A stretch of DNA of 64,000 nt from Planctomycetota bacterium (GCA_965248575.1 CBDFJQ010000002.1:5223174-5287173); one strand, 5' to 3'; shown: positions 50,438 through 60,393, numbered from the stretch's first letter. A program made the numbers and translations. The notes: generated by a model from the letters alone, not told the origin.

Positions 50438-51363
50438 TGGTGATTCACGACCGTAGCTATGCACGCTGGGACGGCGAACGGGACAAACCCGTGCGCGCCG
50501 CCTGGATCATCATGGACCGCGGAGTGACCGCGGGAATGGCGCAGATCTTCAAGCGCAAGTTGTTCGGCCAGCTCATCAGCTTCTGGGCGTTCGGTCCGTT
50601 CCTGTTTGCCCTGGGGTTGCTGTACGCCTCCTTCTATCTGCGCTCCAACATGGATTCCTACGGGGAAATGGTGCGCGGTCTGGAGGAATCAGACCTGCTG
50701 GACCTCGTGACGCCTCGCCCCGACACGGTGTTCATGTACTTCATGCAAGTCCAGATCTGGGTCTGCATGTTGCTGTCCGTGATCGTGGGGGCTGGCTTGA
50801 TTGCTGAGGACCGTCGTATCAATGCCTTGGAGATGTACCTGAGCCGGCCGGTCTCGGTGCTGCAGTACGTGCTCGGGAAGGTGTCGATCATCGGCTTCTT
50901 CCTCGCCTTGATCACCGTCGTTCCCGTGTGCCTGTTGATCATCTTGCAGGCCTTCCTCACGGGCTTCGAGTCGGTGGAGCTCGCGCGACTTGCCGACCTG
51001 CTGTGGCGTTCCGTCGCGGCAGGTGCGGTCTATGTGACCGTGTTCTCCGTGCTCATCGTGGCCGCCTCGTCCTTGTCGAAGCGAGCGCGCAACGCCTCCA
51101 TTCTCTGGATCGGCTTCATCGTGCTGATGGAGGGCATGATCACGGAGAACCTGCGGGACAACTTCGCCTCACCCTCGGTGAACCTGGCTTCGCTGGCCTT
51201 CAATCTCGAACGCTGCATGGCCTGGATCCTGGGAGATGTGGCCACCTTGTCCGAGCACCCGGACCTACCCGTGATGCATTCAGCCATGGTGCTCGGAGGC
51301 TTGTGCGCACTTTGCTTCGCCGTCGTCCTGCGCAAGGTTCGGCCCGTGGAGATCGTGGCGTGA
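50437..51363 (+). CDS. ABC-2 transporter permease
   Basis: Six TMs, GAGLIAEDRR.NALEMYLSRPVS..QYVLGK. Confidence 0.88.
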   Translation: MVIHDRSYARWDGERDKPVRAAWIIMDRGVTAGMAQIFKRKLFGQLISFWAFGPFLFALGLLYASFYLRSNMDSYGEMVRGLEESDLLDLVTPRPDTVFMYFMQVQIWVCMLLSVIVGAGLIAEDRRINALEMYLSRPVSVLQYVLGKVSIIGFFLALITVVPVCLLIILQAFLTGFESVELARLADLLWRSVAAGAVYVTVFSVLIVAASSLSKRARNASILWIGFIVLMEGMITENLRDNFASPSVNLASLAFNLERCMAWILGDVATLSEHPDLPVMHSAMVLGGLCALCFAVVLRKVRPVEIVA

Positions 51364-52301
51364 GTGACTACAAGGTTCACATCGAGCACGTCAGTCGCTG
51401 GTTTGGCGATGTGATTGCCCTCAACGATGTCGATCTGGACTTCTCACCGGGGGTTACGGGTTTGCTGGGCTCCAACGGGGCCGGGAAGACGACGCTCATC
51501 CGCCTGATCGTCGGCCTGACGTCCCCCGGAAGTGGCCGCGTGTTGCTCGATGGCCAACCGGTGCGTAACAACTTGGCGGCCCTGGCCCGCATCGGCTATG
51601 TGGCGGACACCGACAGCCTCTACGACGAACTGAGCGCGCGGCGATTCCTCGAGGACCAGGCAGCGCTGCGAGGCTTCACCAAGGAGGCTGGGGCAAGTCG
51701 GACGGTGGAGGTCATCGAACGGGTCGGGCTTGAGGACGCCATCGATCGACGCTCCGGCGGGTTCAGCAAGGGCATGCGCCAGCGCCTGAAGTTGGCCCAG
51801 GCCATGCTGCACGACCCCGATGTCCTGGTCCTAGACGAGCCGCTGACCGGGCTGGATCCGGTCATGCGCCGGGACTACATCCGTGTGGTGCGCGAACTGG
51901 GAGACGAAGGCAAGATCGTCGTCGTCAGCAGTCACGTGTTGCACGAGATCGAAGCGATGACGGATTCCATCGTGCTCATGCGCTTCGGGCAAGTGCTCGC
52001 CGAAGGGACGGTTGCCGATATCCGGGACAAGTTGGACACCCACGCCCGTCGTATCCGGTTGAAGACGGACTCTCCAGCCGCCTTCGCCACGCGCTTGCTT
52101 CGGGAGGACGGGCTGCTGGAAGGCTTGCATCTCGCCGAGGGCGCGCTCATCGTCGAGACGAAGCGTCCCGACCGCCTGTGTTCGTTCCTGGCCCAGGCGT
52201 CCGTCGGTGGAGAACTCATTGTGCAGTCCATTGAGCCGCTAGACGACGACCTTCGCTCGGTGTTCGCCTATCTGGTGGAGTCGCGGGGGGCGGAGTCATG
52301 A
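51360..52301 (+). CDS. ABC transporter ATP-binding protein (ABC-2 type)
   Basis: GTG start overlapping the upstream TGA. GSNGAGKT, FSKGMRQR, VLVLDEPLTGLDP, SSHVL. Confidence 0.95.
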   Translation: MSDYKVHIEHVSRWFGDVIALNDVDLDFSPGVTGLLGSNGAGKTTLIRLIVGLTSPGSGRVLLDGQPVRNNLAALARIGYVADTDSLYDELSARRFLEDQAALRGFTKEAGASRTVEVIERVGLEDAIDRRSGGFSKGMRQRLKLAQAMLHDPDVLVLDEPLTGLDPVMRRDYIRVVRELGDEGKIVVVSSHVLHEIEAMTDSIVLMRFGQVLAEGTVADIRDKLDTHARRIRLKTDSPAAFATRLLREDGLLEGLHLAEGALIVETKRPDRLCSFLAQASVGGELIVQSIEPLDDDLRSVFAYLVESRGAES

Positions 52302-53131
52302 TGAATCGGCCGTCGGGTCCCAAGGGGCTGGCTTCAGTTCTCGTCACGCTCAGGACCACATCGTCGGGTGCGCCACGCGGGCGACGTCTGATTGGGCTGC
52401 TCCTGCTCGCGTGGATGCCTGTCTTGGTTCAGCTGGCTTCGCTTCTGTTCGAGACGGGGCGTGGCCAGGGCTTCAGCGTCTTTGCCGAGAAGGTGAGCCA
52501 CATCTATCTGTCACTGATCCTGCCGTTGACCACGGTCTTCTTGGGTACGGCGGCCTTTGGAGACGAGTGGGCGGGGGGGACGGCCCATTACGTCGTGGGC
52601 TTGCCGGTCTCGCGGGCATCCCTCGTCCTGGGCCGCTGGCTGGCTGCTACCCGCCGAGTGTTGCTGTTTGTCCTGCCGCCGCTCGTGGTGACCTATGCGC
52701 TGTCCGTGATCGGTTTTGCTGACGCCTTCACCCACTACCTGATCGATTTCGGTGTGGTCTTGGCGGTGGTGGTGCTGCTCACGCTGGCGTACTCAGCGAT
52801 CTTCCTGTTCTTCGGGTTGTACCTACGCCGTGCCGTGATGGTCTCCTTCGTCTATGTGTTCGTGCTCGAGATGCTGACGGCTCGGCTGCCCCAGGCCTTT
52901 GCCTCCTTCTCCATTCGCTTCCACGGCCGAAACATCCTCTTTGACCTGACAGGTCACGAGGGTTTCCGCCTGTTCACCATGGACATGCAGAGCGTGGAAC
53001 CCCTCTCCGCCGGCTGGTCCGTGATCTGGGTCGTGGGTGTTGGGGCGGCAGCTCTGGGCCTGAGTACCCTGGCCCTGCACCGCAAGGAGAGCGGGGGCGA
53101 GGCGGCGGCGGCAGACGCGGCATCCACCTGA
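52298..53131 (+). CDS. ABC-2 transporter permease
   Basis: Six TMs, FGDEW.GGT..Y....PVSR..LVLGRW. Confidence 0.88.
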   Translation: MMNRPSGPKGLASVLVTLRTTSSGAPRGRRLIGLLLLAWMPVLVQLASLLFETGRGQGFSVFAEKVSHIYLSLILPLTTVFLGTAAFGDEWAGGTAHYVVGLPVSRASLVLGRWLAATRRVLLFVLPPLVVTYALSVIGFADAFTHYLIDFGVVLAVVVLLTLAYSAIFLFFGLYLRRAVMVSFVYVFVLEMLTARLPQAFASFSIRFHGRNILFDLTGHEGFRLFTMDMQSVEPLSAGWSVIWVVGVGAAALGLSTLALHRKESGGEAAAADAAST

Positions 53132-53481
53132 GGCCCCGCTGAGCCGACGCGGCACGACCCTCGAAGGGCGCCGATTCGACTCTCTGCACTTGGGTATGCA
53201 TTGTCCCGAACCGCTTTGTTCACAACGATTTGGGGCCGCCGAGCTGTCTCAAAATGCTTCTGGAATCAAGGCATGAATCGCTCAGCTTGTCTTGTAAGGT
53301 GGCTCTGAGCAGGTCGGAAAACCCAGGCGCTGTCTGACAGTGCACCTCCCGATTCGTCGCCTGGGTTCGTTGTAGAGAACACGAATCGTTCGGCAATGCA
53401 GGGCATGAACGGTTTGCTGTGGCCCGAACCCACGGCAAGCGTCCACGTTCGTGACGCTGCGGGCACGCTGGGAGGCATGTC

Positions 53482-54009
53482 GTGAGTAGTCAAATTCCAT
53501 GGACTGAGTCCGCGGCAGCAGGGCCGCAAGGGCGGAGTCGGTCGGAGTTGGAGGAGGAAGTCAGCCTCTCCAAGGCTGACTCAGTCCTGACGCCGGCTGA
53601 CGATCCCTACGTCACCCGCGTCTCGACAGCGCCCGCGTCACCGGAGTCTCTGCTGCTGGGTGTTGCCTTGGGGGCCTTGGCGTCCTTCCTAGCGCTCCTG
53701 AGCTTGGACCTGGGGCCGGGAGACATCCTGAGGGGCTTCGTTCCGGCGGCGTCCTTCATTGGACTCTGGACGGTGGCGGCTTGGTTCTTGACTCGGGAGA
53801 CGGGGCGGGTGCTCGTGGTGTTGCGGCGCGGGTTCTTCCTGGGAGCCCTGCAGTGGGCTTTGCTGACGGTGCTCACCCCGAAGGCCGCCGGTGATCTGAT
53901 CGAAGGCGTCCTGCCGTGGGTGCTGTTGGGCATCTGTGTGGTGGGAAGTGCCACATGTTGGGCCTTCTCCCGCTCACCCTACGCGGAGCTAGGCAGCGAC
54001 CGCCTGTGA
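53482..54009 (+). CDS. Hypothetical membrane protein (about 4 TM)
   Basis: GGAGG upstream of a GTG start, polar N-terminus, then four hydrophobic segments. Confidence 0.5.
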   Translation: MSSQIPWTESAAAGPQGRSRSELEEEVSLSKADSVLTPADDPYVTRVSTAPASPESLLLGVALGALASFLALLSLDLGPGDILRGFVPAASFIGLWTVAAWFLTRETGRVLVVLRRGFFLGALQWALLTVLTPKAAGDLIEGVLPWVLLGICVVGSATCWAFSRSPYAELGSDRL

Positions 54010-54039
54010 GGGGTGGGGCGCTGTGAGGCCTGGGACCGC

Positions 54040-54939
54040 TCAGCTCTTGGGGCGTCCAGGAGCCCAGAAGTAGGCGATCATCTTCGTTGCCAGGCGAGCT
54101 GCCAGAAAGTCGCTGGCCCTGCTCGTCCGGTCCGGTGCCAGTTCCGTGATGTCCGCGCCGACGACCTCGCAGTGCCGACCCACCATGGCGAGCAGGCGGG
54201 TCACGTCGAACCACGAGAGGCCACCGGGTTCGGGAGTGCCTGTGGCTGGCACCACCGACGGATCGAAGCCATCCAGGTCGACGGTGACGAACACGGGGCG
54301 CTCGGCGAGGGTCTCGAGCACCTCGCGGTGATAGGCCACGCGGCCCGTGATGTGCCGGGCCCAGTAGGGGGTGAGGCCACGGGCCGCCACGAATTCCGCT
54401 TCTTCGCGGCTGCAGCTGCGCATGCCAACCTGCACCAGTTTGGCGCCATCTTCCAGGAAGCGGGCGGCAATGCAGGCGTGGTTGTGCTTGCTGCCCTCGT
54501 AGCTGTCGCGCAGGTCGAGGTGGGCATCGATCTGCAAGACCGCGAGGTCCGGGTGGCGCGCGTGCAACGCAGCGAACTGTCCGTAGGTGATGGAATGTTC
54601 GCCGCCCAGGCCCAGGCCGATCTGGCCAGCATCCAGGACGCCCTCATGGAGCTGGCGCATCTGGGCGGCCATCTGTTCCGGGGCCAGGGCACCAAAGGCG
54701 GCCGGGTCTTCGGGGCCGCACACCGTGTAGCGCAGGCTTTCGAGGTCGAAGGCTGTCTCTTCCTCCCAGGTCTCGACCGAGGCCGAGGCTTCTAGAACGG
54801 CTTGGGGCCCGGCGTCAGCCCCCTTTCCGTAGGTGCTGGTGAGGTCATACGGAGCACAAACCAGGGCAAGTTGCGCGGAGGCGCCAGCGTCGGGAAGGCC
54901 CAAAAAGGTCGTGTCGCTAGGGGTCGCGGGTGCAGTCAT
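54040..54939 (-). CDS. speB: Agmatinase (ureohydrolase family)
   Basis: PYD.TSTY..GA..GP, GGEHSIT, DAHLDLR, DLDGFDPS..PATGTPEPGG, ADITELAP. Confidence 0.92.
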   Translation of the reverse strand: MTAPATPSDTTFLGLPDAGASAQLALVCAPYDLTSTYGKGADAGPQAVLEASASVETWEEETAFDLESLRYTVCGPEDPAAFGALAPEQMAAQMRQLHEGVLDAGQIGLGLGGEHSITYGQFAALHARHPDLAVLQIDAHLDLRDSYEGSKHNHACIAARFLEDGAKLVQVGMRSCSREEAEFVAARGLTPYWARHITGRVAYHREVLETLAERPVFVTVDLDGFDPSVVPATGTPEPGGLSWFDVTRLLAMVGRHCEVVGADITELAPDRTSRASDFLAARLATKMIAYFWAPGRPKS

Positions 54940-54983
54940 GGAGCGTGGAGGCAAGAAGGATGAAAGGCTCGGCGATCTGGGCG

Positions 54984-55011
54984 TTGACCCGGGCGGCGCC
55001 ACTCCCATAAT
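54984..55011 (+). promoter_or_regulatory. Putative sigma70 promoter of tRNA-Gln
   Basis: TTGACC-N16-CATAAT about 20 nt upstream of the tRNA. Confidence 0.5.
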
Positions 55012-55032
55012 CATGCCGTTTTCGCGCCGGCT

Positions 55033-55106
55033 TCCCGAATCGTCCAATGGCAGGACACCGGTCTCTGGAACCGGCGATCTTGGTTCGAATCCAAGTTCGG
55101 GAACCA
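55033..55106 (+). tRNA. tRNA-Gln (anticodon CTG)
   Basis: Acceptor TCCCGAA/TTCGGGA, D-arm GTCC..GGAC, anticodon arm CCGGT-CTCTGGA-ACCGG, T-arm CTTGG-TTCGAAT-CCAAG, encoded CCA. Confidence 0.97.
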
Positions 55107-55150
55107 CGCGGCGCGAAGCACGGCCTTGGGGCAGGCTACGTAGGGAGTTA

Positions 55151-55849
55151 TCAGGATTCGTGCGTGCTGTGCGCCGCGATGAACTCCCGTGCCTCTTCGG
55201 CCATGCCAGGGGTGATCGCGTGCGGTGCGTCGTGCATGCGGAAGGTGACGTCGGCACCGTAGCTGCCCAGGAGATCCCGGCAGGCCTCAGCCGTGTTCTT
55301 GGGGAGCGCCGTGTCGTGCTCGCCGTACTGGAGCAGCACGGGCTTCCCCCGCAAGTCGGGCCGCAGGCCCTGGAGATAGTCTTCGCGAAAGTTGCCGCAC
55401 TGAGCGACCCAACCTGCGACGCGCTCGGGCTGCGTCATACTGGCGTAGTTCACCAGGTAGGCGCCCTGCGAGAAGCCCGCCAGCCAGACACGCGTGCGAT
55501 TGGCACCGAGCTCGTCGGCCACCTGGTCCACGAACCGCCAGAGTGCCGTCGCGCTCGCGGCCAGGCTCGTCAGGAAAGCGGGGCGATCCGAGGAGAAGAC
55601 ATACCACGCGTAGCCGATGCGAGGTTTGCGCTCCGCACGACGGACCTCGAAGGGCAGGAACCCGTCAGGGAAGGCTGCCGCAAAACCCTCGGGGATCGCG
55701 CCCTTCATCCAACGGTGCTGCCGCTCCCCGGTCTGTGCATAGCCATGCACCACCACCAGCAAGGGTGCTCCCGGCTGGGCCGCGACGAGGACGCTTGAGT
55801 GATGAGTGGTGCGCGGAAAGAGCGCCGTGCGCGGATCCGTCGTGCTCAA
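55151..55849 (-). CDS. Alpha/beta hydrolase (phospholipase/carboxylesterase family)
   Basis: VVHGYAQ, GYAWY, nucleophile elbow GFSQG, GEHD, late His (DAPH). TTG start overlaps the upstream stop. Confidence 0.85.
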   Translation of the reverse strand: MSTTDPRTALFPRTTHHSSVLVAAQPGAPLLVVVHGYAQTGERQHRWMKGAIPEGFAAAFPDGFLPFEVRRAERKPRIGYAWYVFSSDRPAFLTSLAASATALWRFVDQVADELGANRTRVWLAGFSQGAYLVNYASMTQPERVAGWVAQCGNFREDYLQGLRPDLRGKPVLLQYGEHDTALPKNTAEACRDLLGSYGADVTFRMHDAPHAITPGMAEEAREFIAAHSTHES

Positions 55850-56493
55850 AGTTTGTACTGCCCCGTGATGAAGGGATTGTTGCGTCGCTCGACGCCGATC
55901 GTGGTGCCAGCCCCGTGGCCCGTGATGACCTCGGCGTCATCATCCAGCTCCATGAGCTTGCCGCGCAGGCTGCTGAGGATCTGGGTCGAGTCACCACCCC
56001 AGAGGTCCGTGCGGCCGATGCTCCCGGCAAACAATGTGTCGCCTGCGAACACGAGCTGACGTCCGTCGCACTCCAGGACGAAGGTGCAGCTGCCGGGCGA
56101 ATGCCCCGGCGTGTGCAGGACTTCCAGCCTGTGCTCACCCAAGTCGAATCGATCGCCCTCTTCGAGGTGACTGTCGAGAGCCACGGCTTCGGTGGCCGCC
56201 ATGCCAATCATCTGGCCCTGCATCTCCAGGTGTTCATAGAGCCATTGATCGCCGCGGTGCAGGGAGGCGTGGCCGCCGCAGAGCCGCTTGAACTCCGCGC
56301 TGCCACCGATGTGATCAATGTGGGCATGCGTGTGCACGATGTGTGACACCGTGAGCCCCATCTTCTGGACGAGGGCGGCGATGCGCTCCGCCTCATCGCC
56401 CGGGTCGATGACGATGGCGGTCCCCGACTGTTCGTCTCCAAGAATGGAGCAATTGCACTGAAGGGGGCCGACAGGGATGGTTTTCAGGATCAT
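55846..56493 (-). CDS. MBL-fold metallo-hydrolase (glyoxalase II-like)
   Basis: VGPLQCNC, IDPG, THAHIDHIG, HTPGHSPG, GDTLF.GSIGRTDL, GHG..TTIG.ER..NPF. Confidence 0.92.
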   Translation of the reverse strand: MILKTIPVGPLQCNCSILGDEQSGTAIVIDPGDEAERIAALVQKMGLTVSHIVHTHAHIDHIGGSAEFKRLCGGHASLHRGDQWLYEHLEMQGQMIGMAATEAVALDSHLEEGDRFDLGEHRLEVLHTPGHSPGSCTFVLECDGRQLVFAGDTLFAGSIGRTDLWGGDSTQILSSLRGKLMELDDDAEVITGHGAGTTIGVERRNNPFITGQYKL

Positions 56494-56600
56494 GGGGCGC
56501 ATCATGGCGAGCGCATCGGCCGGACACAACTGGACACGCTGGCCGATGACCCGGGAGGCGCTCCTCTGACCTCGCGCCATGACTCAACCAGGAGGTCTGC

Positions 56601-57659
56601 ATGAAGCTGGGGTCCCAAGACCACGCTCTCCCCTCGACAAACCAGCAACGGGGGCCCGTGTTCATCACCGGCGTCACGGGCTTTCTGGGCACCGCCCTGG
56701 CCCAACGACTCGTCCGGGACGGAAGGAAGGTGCGCGGGCTGGTGAGGCCGACGGCGGCCATCAAGACCCTCCGTTGGCTGGAGCAGCTCGGCGTCGAGCT
56801 GGTGCAAGGTGACGTCCTTGGGGCGGGCGACGAGACCCAGGACCTCGCCCACGCGATGGACGGTTCCGCGCTGGTGATCCACTCGGCTGCCGTGATCGGA
56901 TACCGGCGCCGCCTTCGAGGACGCATGGTGCGGACCAATGTGTTGGGGACGAGGCGCGTGGTGGGTGCGTGTCTCGAAGCCGCAGTCCCACGCCTGGTGC
57001 ACGTGAGCAGCATCGCTGCGGTGGGGGTGCACGATGAACCGGTCCTGATGAACGAGAACTGGGAGTGGAATGCAGGCGTGCTTGACGCGCCCTACTTCGA
57101 CACCAAGTACGAGGCCGAGCGCGAAGTCCATGCGGGGATCGCCCGGGGACTGGATGCTGTCGTCGTGAACCCTGGGGCGATCTACGGGCCCTCGTTGGTT
57201 CCGGCGAATTCTTCAAATGTCGTCGAGCAGATCTTGCGAGGCCGCATGTCCGTCGTGCCGCCCACGGGGGTCAACGTCGTGCCCCTGGAAACCGTCGTGG
57301 ATGGGTGCTTGGCGGCGGCGGCGCGAGGCCGCTGCGGGCGTCGGTACATCCTGGGTGGAGAGAACCTGCACGTGCACGAGCTGGTGAGTCGAGTCGCAAC
57401 GGCAGCAGGGATGAGCCTGAAGCCGCGCGTGATTCCACAACGTGTGGGCCGCGTGCTGGGCCCCTCGCTGAGAGCGCTGCTCGACGGCCTGGAGCCCTGG
57501 CTGCCCGAAAGCATTTGGTTCACGCCGGATATGTTGGCGATGTTCGGCCGCTGGATGTGGTTCGACACCAGCCGTGCGTCTGTCGAGCTGGGCGTGAAGC
57601 CCGCCGACCTCGACGCGTGCCTGCAGGCAACGGTTCGCCAGGTGCGATCCCGGATCTAG
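56601..57659 (+). CDS. NAD-dependent epimerase/dehydratase (extended SDR, HpnA/dihydroflavonol reductase-like)
   Basis: TGVTGFLG, HSAA, NVLGT, VSS.AA, YFDTK (YxxxK), VNPG.IYGP, RYILGGEN. Confidence 0.88.
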   Translation: MKLGSQDHALPSTNQQRGPVFITGVTGFLGTALAQRLVRDGRKVRGLVRPTAAIKTLRWLEQLGVELVQGDVLGAGDETQDLAHAMDGSALVIHSAAVIGYRRRLRGRMVRTNVLGTRRVVGACLEAAVPRLVHVSSIAAVGVHDEPVLMNENWEWNAGVLDAPYFDTKYEAEREVHAGIARGLDAVVVNPGAIYGPSLVPANSSNVVEQILRGRMSVVPPTGVNVVPLETVVDGCLAAAARGRCGRRYILGGENLHVHELVSRVATAAGMSLKPRVIPQRVGRVLGPSLRALLDGLEPWLPESIWFTPDMLAMFGRWMWFDTSRASVELGVKPADLDACLQATVRQVRSRI

Positions 57660-57661
57660 GT

Positions 57662-59617
57662 CTAGGGCGCTCGAACGCTGGCGGACACCTCTTGTCCCGC
57701 TCGTACCTGGATCGGCACCAGGGCCATGCCCCGTTGCACTTCTTCGCCAAAGGAGAACGAGGCGCTCTTCTTGTTCGAGCGAGCATCCAGGTAGTACTCC
57801 CCGGGCAGCAGCCGCTGGAACACGAAGCGCCCTTCGCCATCCACCTGGACGCTGCGGTTGATGGGGCCACCCAAGGAGACCGTGCCCCGGCGCAAGGCGA
57901 TGCCGCTGGCATCCATGGCCGTGCCACGAATGGTCCCGGGGCGTGGCACGACGATGGTCTGCATGTCGGCCAGCTGCCCGGATTCCGTCCACACATCGTC
58001 CACCAGGAACACCGGGTAGTCGGGGTGGTCGACTTGCACCTGGTAGGCGCGCTCGCTGATCTCGGTCAGCTGGAAGACGCCCTCGGAATCCGTGTTCGTG
58101 GAGGCTTGCCAGGCGCTCTTCCACTCTCGGCTCCGAAGGAACTCCACGTTCGCGAGCTTGTTGGTGTGCAGCGAAACCTTTGCACCGACGATTGGCTGTT
58201 CCAGGTCATCCACCACGCGACCACGAATCGTGGCGCCGTGCTGGAGGGTGAGATCGATGCCCTCGACGTGCTGGCCCGGTGCCACGCGAATCGCATCCGT
58301 CGAGGTGAGGGCGAATCCCTGGGCCCAGACCTCGATGCTGTACCAGCCTGACTCCAAGCCCGTGAGCTCGAAACGCCCATCGTTGTCCCGCACCCGCTTG
58401 CCGAGTTCTGTGGGGCTCACCACAGCCGCCTTGGAATTGCCGTAGAGGACGTTGAGGTCGTAGCGCGTCACGAACTCGCCCTCGGGCGTGCGGACGACGC
58501 CGCTCAGGGATCCCTCTTCGAGCAAACGGATGGAGAGGTTCTTGTCCAAGGCGTTGGCGGGAACCCGAAGCGTCTTGCGAGCCCAACCGGGACCATCCGC
58601 CTGAAGCCGGTAGTCGCCGTCTGCCAGGTCCTTGAACCGGAATCGTCCAGCGCGATCGGACACCGTCACGGAGGGTTGGCCGGCCAGGGTCTGGTTGATG
58701 GCCATCAGGGTAATGCCCATGAGGGGCTTGCCGTCTTCGGCCGCCTCCACGACGCCGCTCAGCTGAAGGGCTGGCTGCAGGATGACGGTGAACGTCAACT
58801 CGGAAAGGTCCCCGCCCAGCGGCGAGCCGCCCTGCACCAATCTGCTGGCAAAACCCTCTGCGCTCACGGCGAGGGAGAACTGCCAACGGGGGGTGTGGTC
58901 CATCTGGAAGCGGCCGTCATCCAGGGTCGTGACCACTCGTTCAGGTTTGAGCAGGGCGTCGCTGGATGCGCCGCCGTGGATGACTGTGGCGGAGGGCGCC
59001 CCGTAGATCAGGGCCACCCGAGCTCCCGAGATCTCCTGCCCATCGGCCGTCAGGACGGAGCCCCGGACGCTGTAGCCCTTCTCGACGATCAGGTCGCCGA
59101 CGACGGTCTCTTCACCAGGGCGGATACCGTACGGGCCCTGCTCCATCCGAACGAATTCGCCTCCGTCCAATGCCAGGATCACGTCGCCGCGCGCCGGCAG
59201 GCCTGACAGGCGGAAGTCGCCGTTCCCCGAGATCTCGACCGGGTCGAGGTCGAGGGGCTCGAGCTGGGTGCCGCTCGCCATGAACAGGGAGCGGCGGCCG
59301 ATCATGGCTCGGACACGTCCCGAGGAGATTGGGAGCCGATTTTCGTCCACCAGGCGTCCCCGGATACTGCCCGTGGGAGGCGGGCTGGCGGCCTCGGGGG
59401 TGGGGCGCTGCTCGGGCACATACGTGGGAAGAGGGAGGTCGGGAGCCTCGCTGGAGACTATGGGCGGTTGCCGGGTGTCCTCCGCAGGCACCGTTCGACT
59501 GCCAACCTGCTCGAAAGATGGCTCGGCATCGAGCAGGAAAAAGACCGCCGCAGCGAGCCCAATCACCCCGACAAGGGCTGCGATCAAGGTTAAGACGGGG
59601 GTGCTACGGGAAGCCAT
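57662..59617 (-). CDS. Membrane-anchored carboxypeptidase-regulatory-like (beta-sandwich repeat) protein
   Basis: N-terminal TM, Pro-rich linker, about six repeats of G.I.G.V.D..G.P..GA.V ... T..DG.F.L..L..G.Y. Confidence 0.8.
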   Translation of the reverse strand: MASRSTPVLTLIAALVGVIGLAAAVFFLLDAEPSFEQVGSRTVPAEDTRQPPIVSSEAPDLPLPTYVPEQRPTPEAASPPPTGSIRGRLVDENRLPISSGRVRAMIGRRSLFMASGTQLEPLDLDPVEISGNGDFRLSGLPARGDVILALDGGEFVRMEQGPYGIRPGEETVVGDLIVEKGYSVRGSVLTADGQEISGARVALIYGAPSATVIHGGASSDALLKPERVVTTLDDGRFQMDHTPRWQFSLAVSAEGFASRLVQGGSPLGGDLSELTFTVILQPALQLSGVVEAAEDGKPLMGITLMAINQTLAGQPSVTVSDRAGRFRFKDLADGDYRLQADGPGWARKTLRVPANALDKNLSIRLLEEGSLSGVVRTPEGEFVTRYDLNVLYGNSKAAVVSPTELGKRVRDNDGRFELTGLESGWYSIEVWAQGFALTSTDAIRVAPGQHVEGIDLTLQHGATIRGRVVDDLEQPIVGAKVSLHTNKLANVEFLRSREWKSAWQASTNTDSEGVFQLTEISERAYQVQVDHPDYPVFLVDDVWTESGQLADMQTIVVPRPGTIRGTAMDASGIALRRGTVSLGGPINRSVQVDGEGRFVFQRLLPGEYYLDARSNKKSASFSFGEEVQRGMALVPIQVRAGQEVSASVRAP

Positions 59618-59714
59618 GCTTGCTGAATCGGGAGGTCGAGTGAGGCTCTTGGGGGATTCTGCTTGGAATTCCCAGCGGCCTCTACGAAAATCCGCGGCCC
59701 TGGTTTGATCCGGT

Positions 59715-59792
59715 GGTCCCATCGTCTAGTCAGGTCTAGGACAGGTGCCTCTCACGCACCAGACAGGGGTTCGAATCCCCTTGGGACTACCA
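59715..59792 (+). tRNA. tRNA-Glu (anticodon CTC)
   Basis: Acceptor GGTCCCA/TGGGACT, anticodon arm GGTGC-CTCTCAC-GCACC, T-arm AGGGG-TTCGAAT-CCCCT, encoded CCA. Confidence 0.97.
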
Positions 59793-59823
59793 TTCAGTTT
59801 GCCGCGCCAGTTGGCGGAGGCCC

Positions 59824-60393
59824 ATGCCCGAGCCAGACCCACCGCTGCGCCCCAGTTCGGCGGCGCGCCCCAGATCCTCCGGCAATCTCGTGCTCATCGG
59901 GCCCCGGGGCTGCGGAAAGACCACCCTCGGTCGGGCGCTGTCCCTGCGCTGCCAGAGGCCCTTCCTGGATCTCGATCAGGCCCTGGCTCTCGACGCAGGA
60001 GAGGATTGTGACGCTCTGCTGCGGAGAGAAGGGGAGGCAGCGTTCCGCGTGCGAGAACAGGCAGTCCTGCGCGAGGCCGCCCTGCTCAGTGGTCACGTGC
60101 TGGCCACGGGGGGCGGGGCCGTCCTGTGCGGTGAGGCCTTTGAGGCTCTTGCAGCGCCTGCCACGGTGGTCTATCTCAGCATGCCACTGGAGATCTTGAT
60201 CGATCGGGCCGTCTCAAGGCCCCGCCCGGCCTTGACGGAGCTGCCGCTGCACGAGGAAGTAGCCGGTTTGCTCGCCCAAAGAGAGCCCCTGTACCGGGCA
60301 GCTGCGGATCGGACGATTCCTGGGGATGCCGTGGATCCTATACTGGCCGTCTTGAACTTCTGGCCCGAACGGCCTTCCCAAGAGAGCCCATGA
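59824..60393 (+). CDS. aroK: Shikimate kinase
   Basis: LIGPRGCGKTTLG, DLD, GE..FR..E, VLATGGGAV, RP.L, REPLY..AAD. Confidence 0.93.
   Translation: MPEPDPPLRPSSAARPRSSGNLVLIGPRGCGKTTLGRALSLRCQRPFLDLDQALALDAGEDCDALLRREGEAAFRVREQAVLREAALLSGHVLATGGGAVLCGEAFEALAAPATVVYLSMPLEILIDRAVSRPRPALTELPLHEEVAGLLAQREPLYRAAADRTIPGDAVDPILAVLNFWPERPSQESP

Noticed and set aside
53132..53481. SRP RNA, 6S RNA or c-di-GMP riboswitch identity for the intergenic region, and the short minus-strand ORFs there
   Set aside because: The diagnostic motifs (e.g. SRP CAGG..GGAA..AGCAG) are not convincingly present, and the ORFs are short with atypical composition.
56601..57659. Assigning hpnA (hopanoid cluster)
   Set aside because: Family resemblance only. 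No other hpn/shc genes are nearby.
55033..59792. Genomic island between tRNA-Gln and tRNA-Glu
   Set aside because: No integrase, no duplicated tRNA 3' end seen, and no evident compositional shift.
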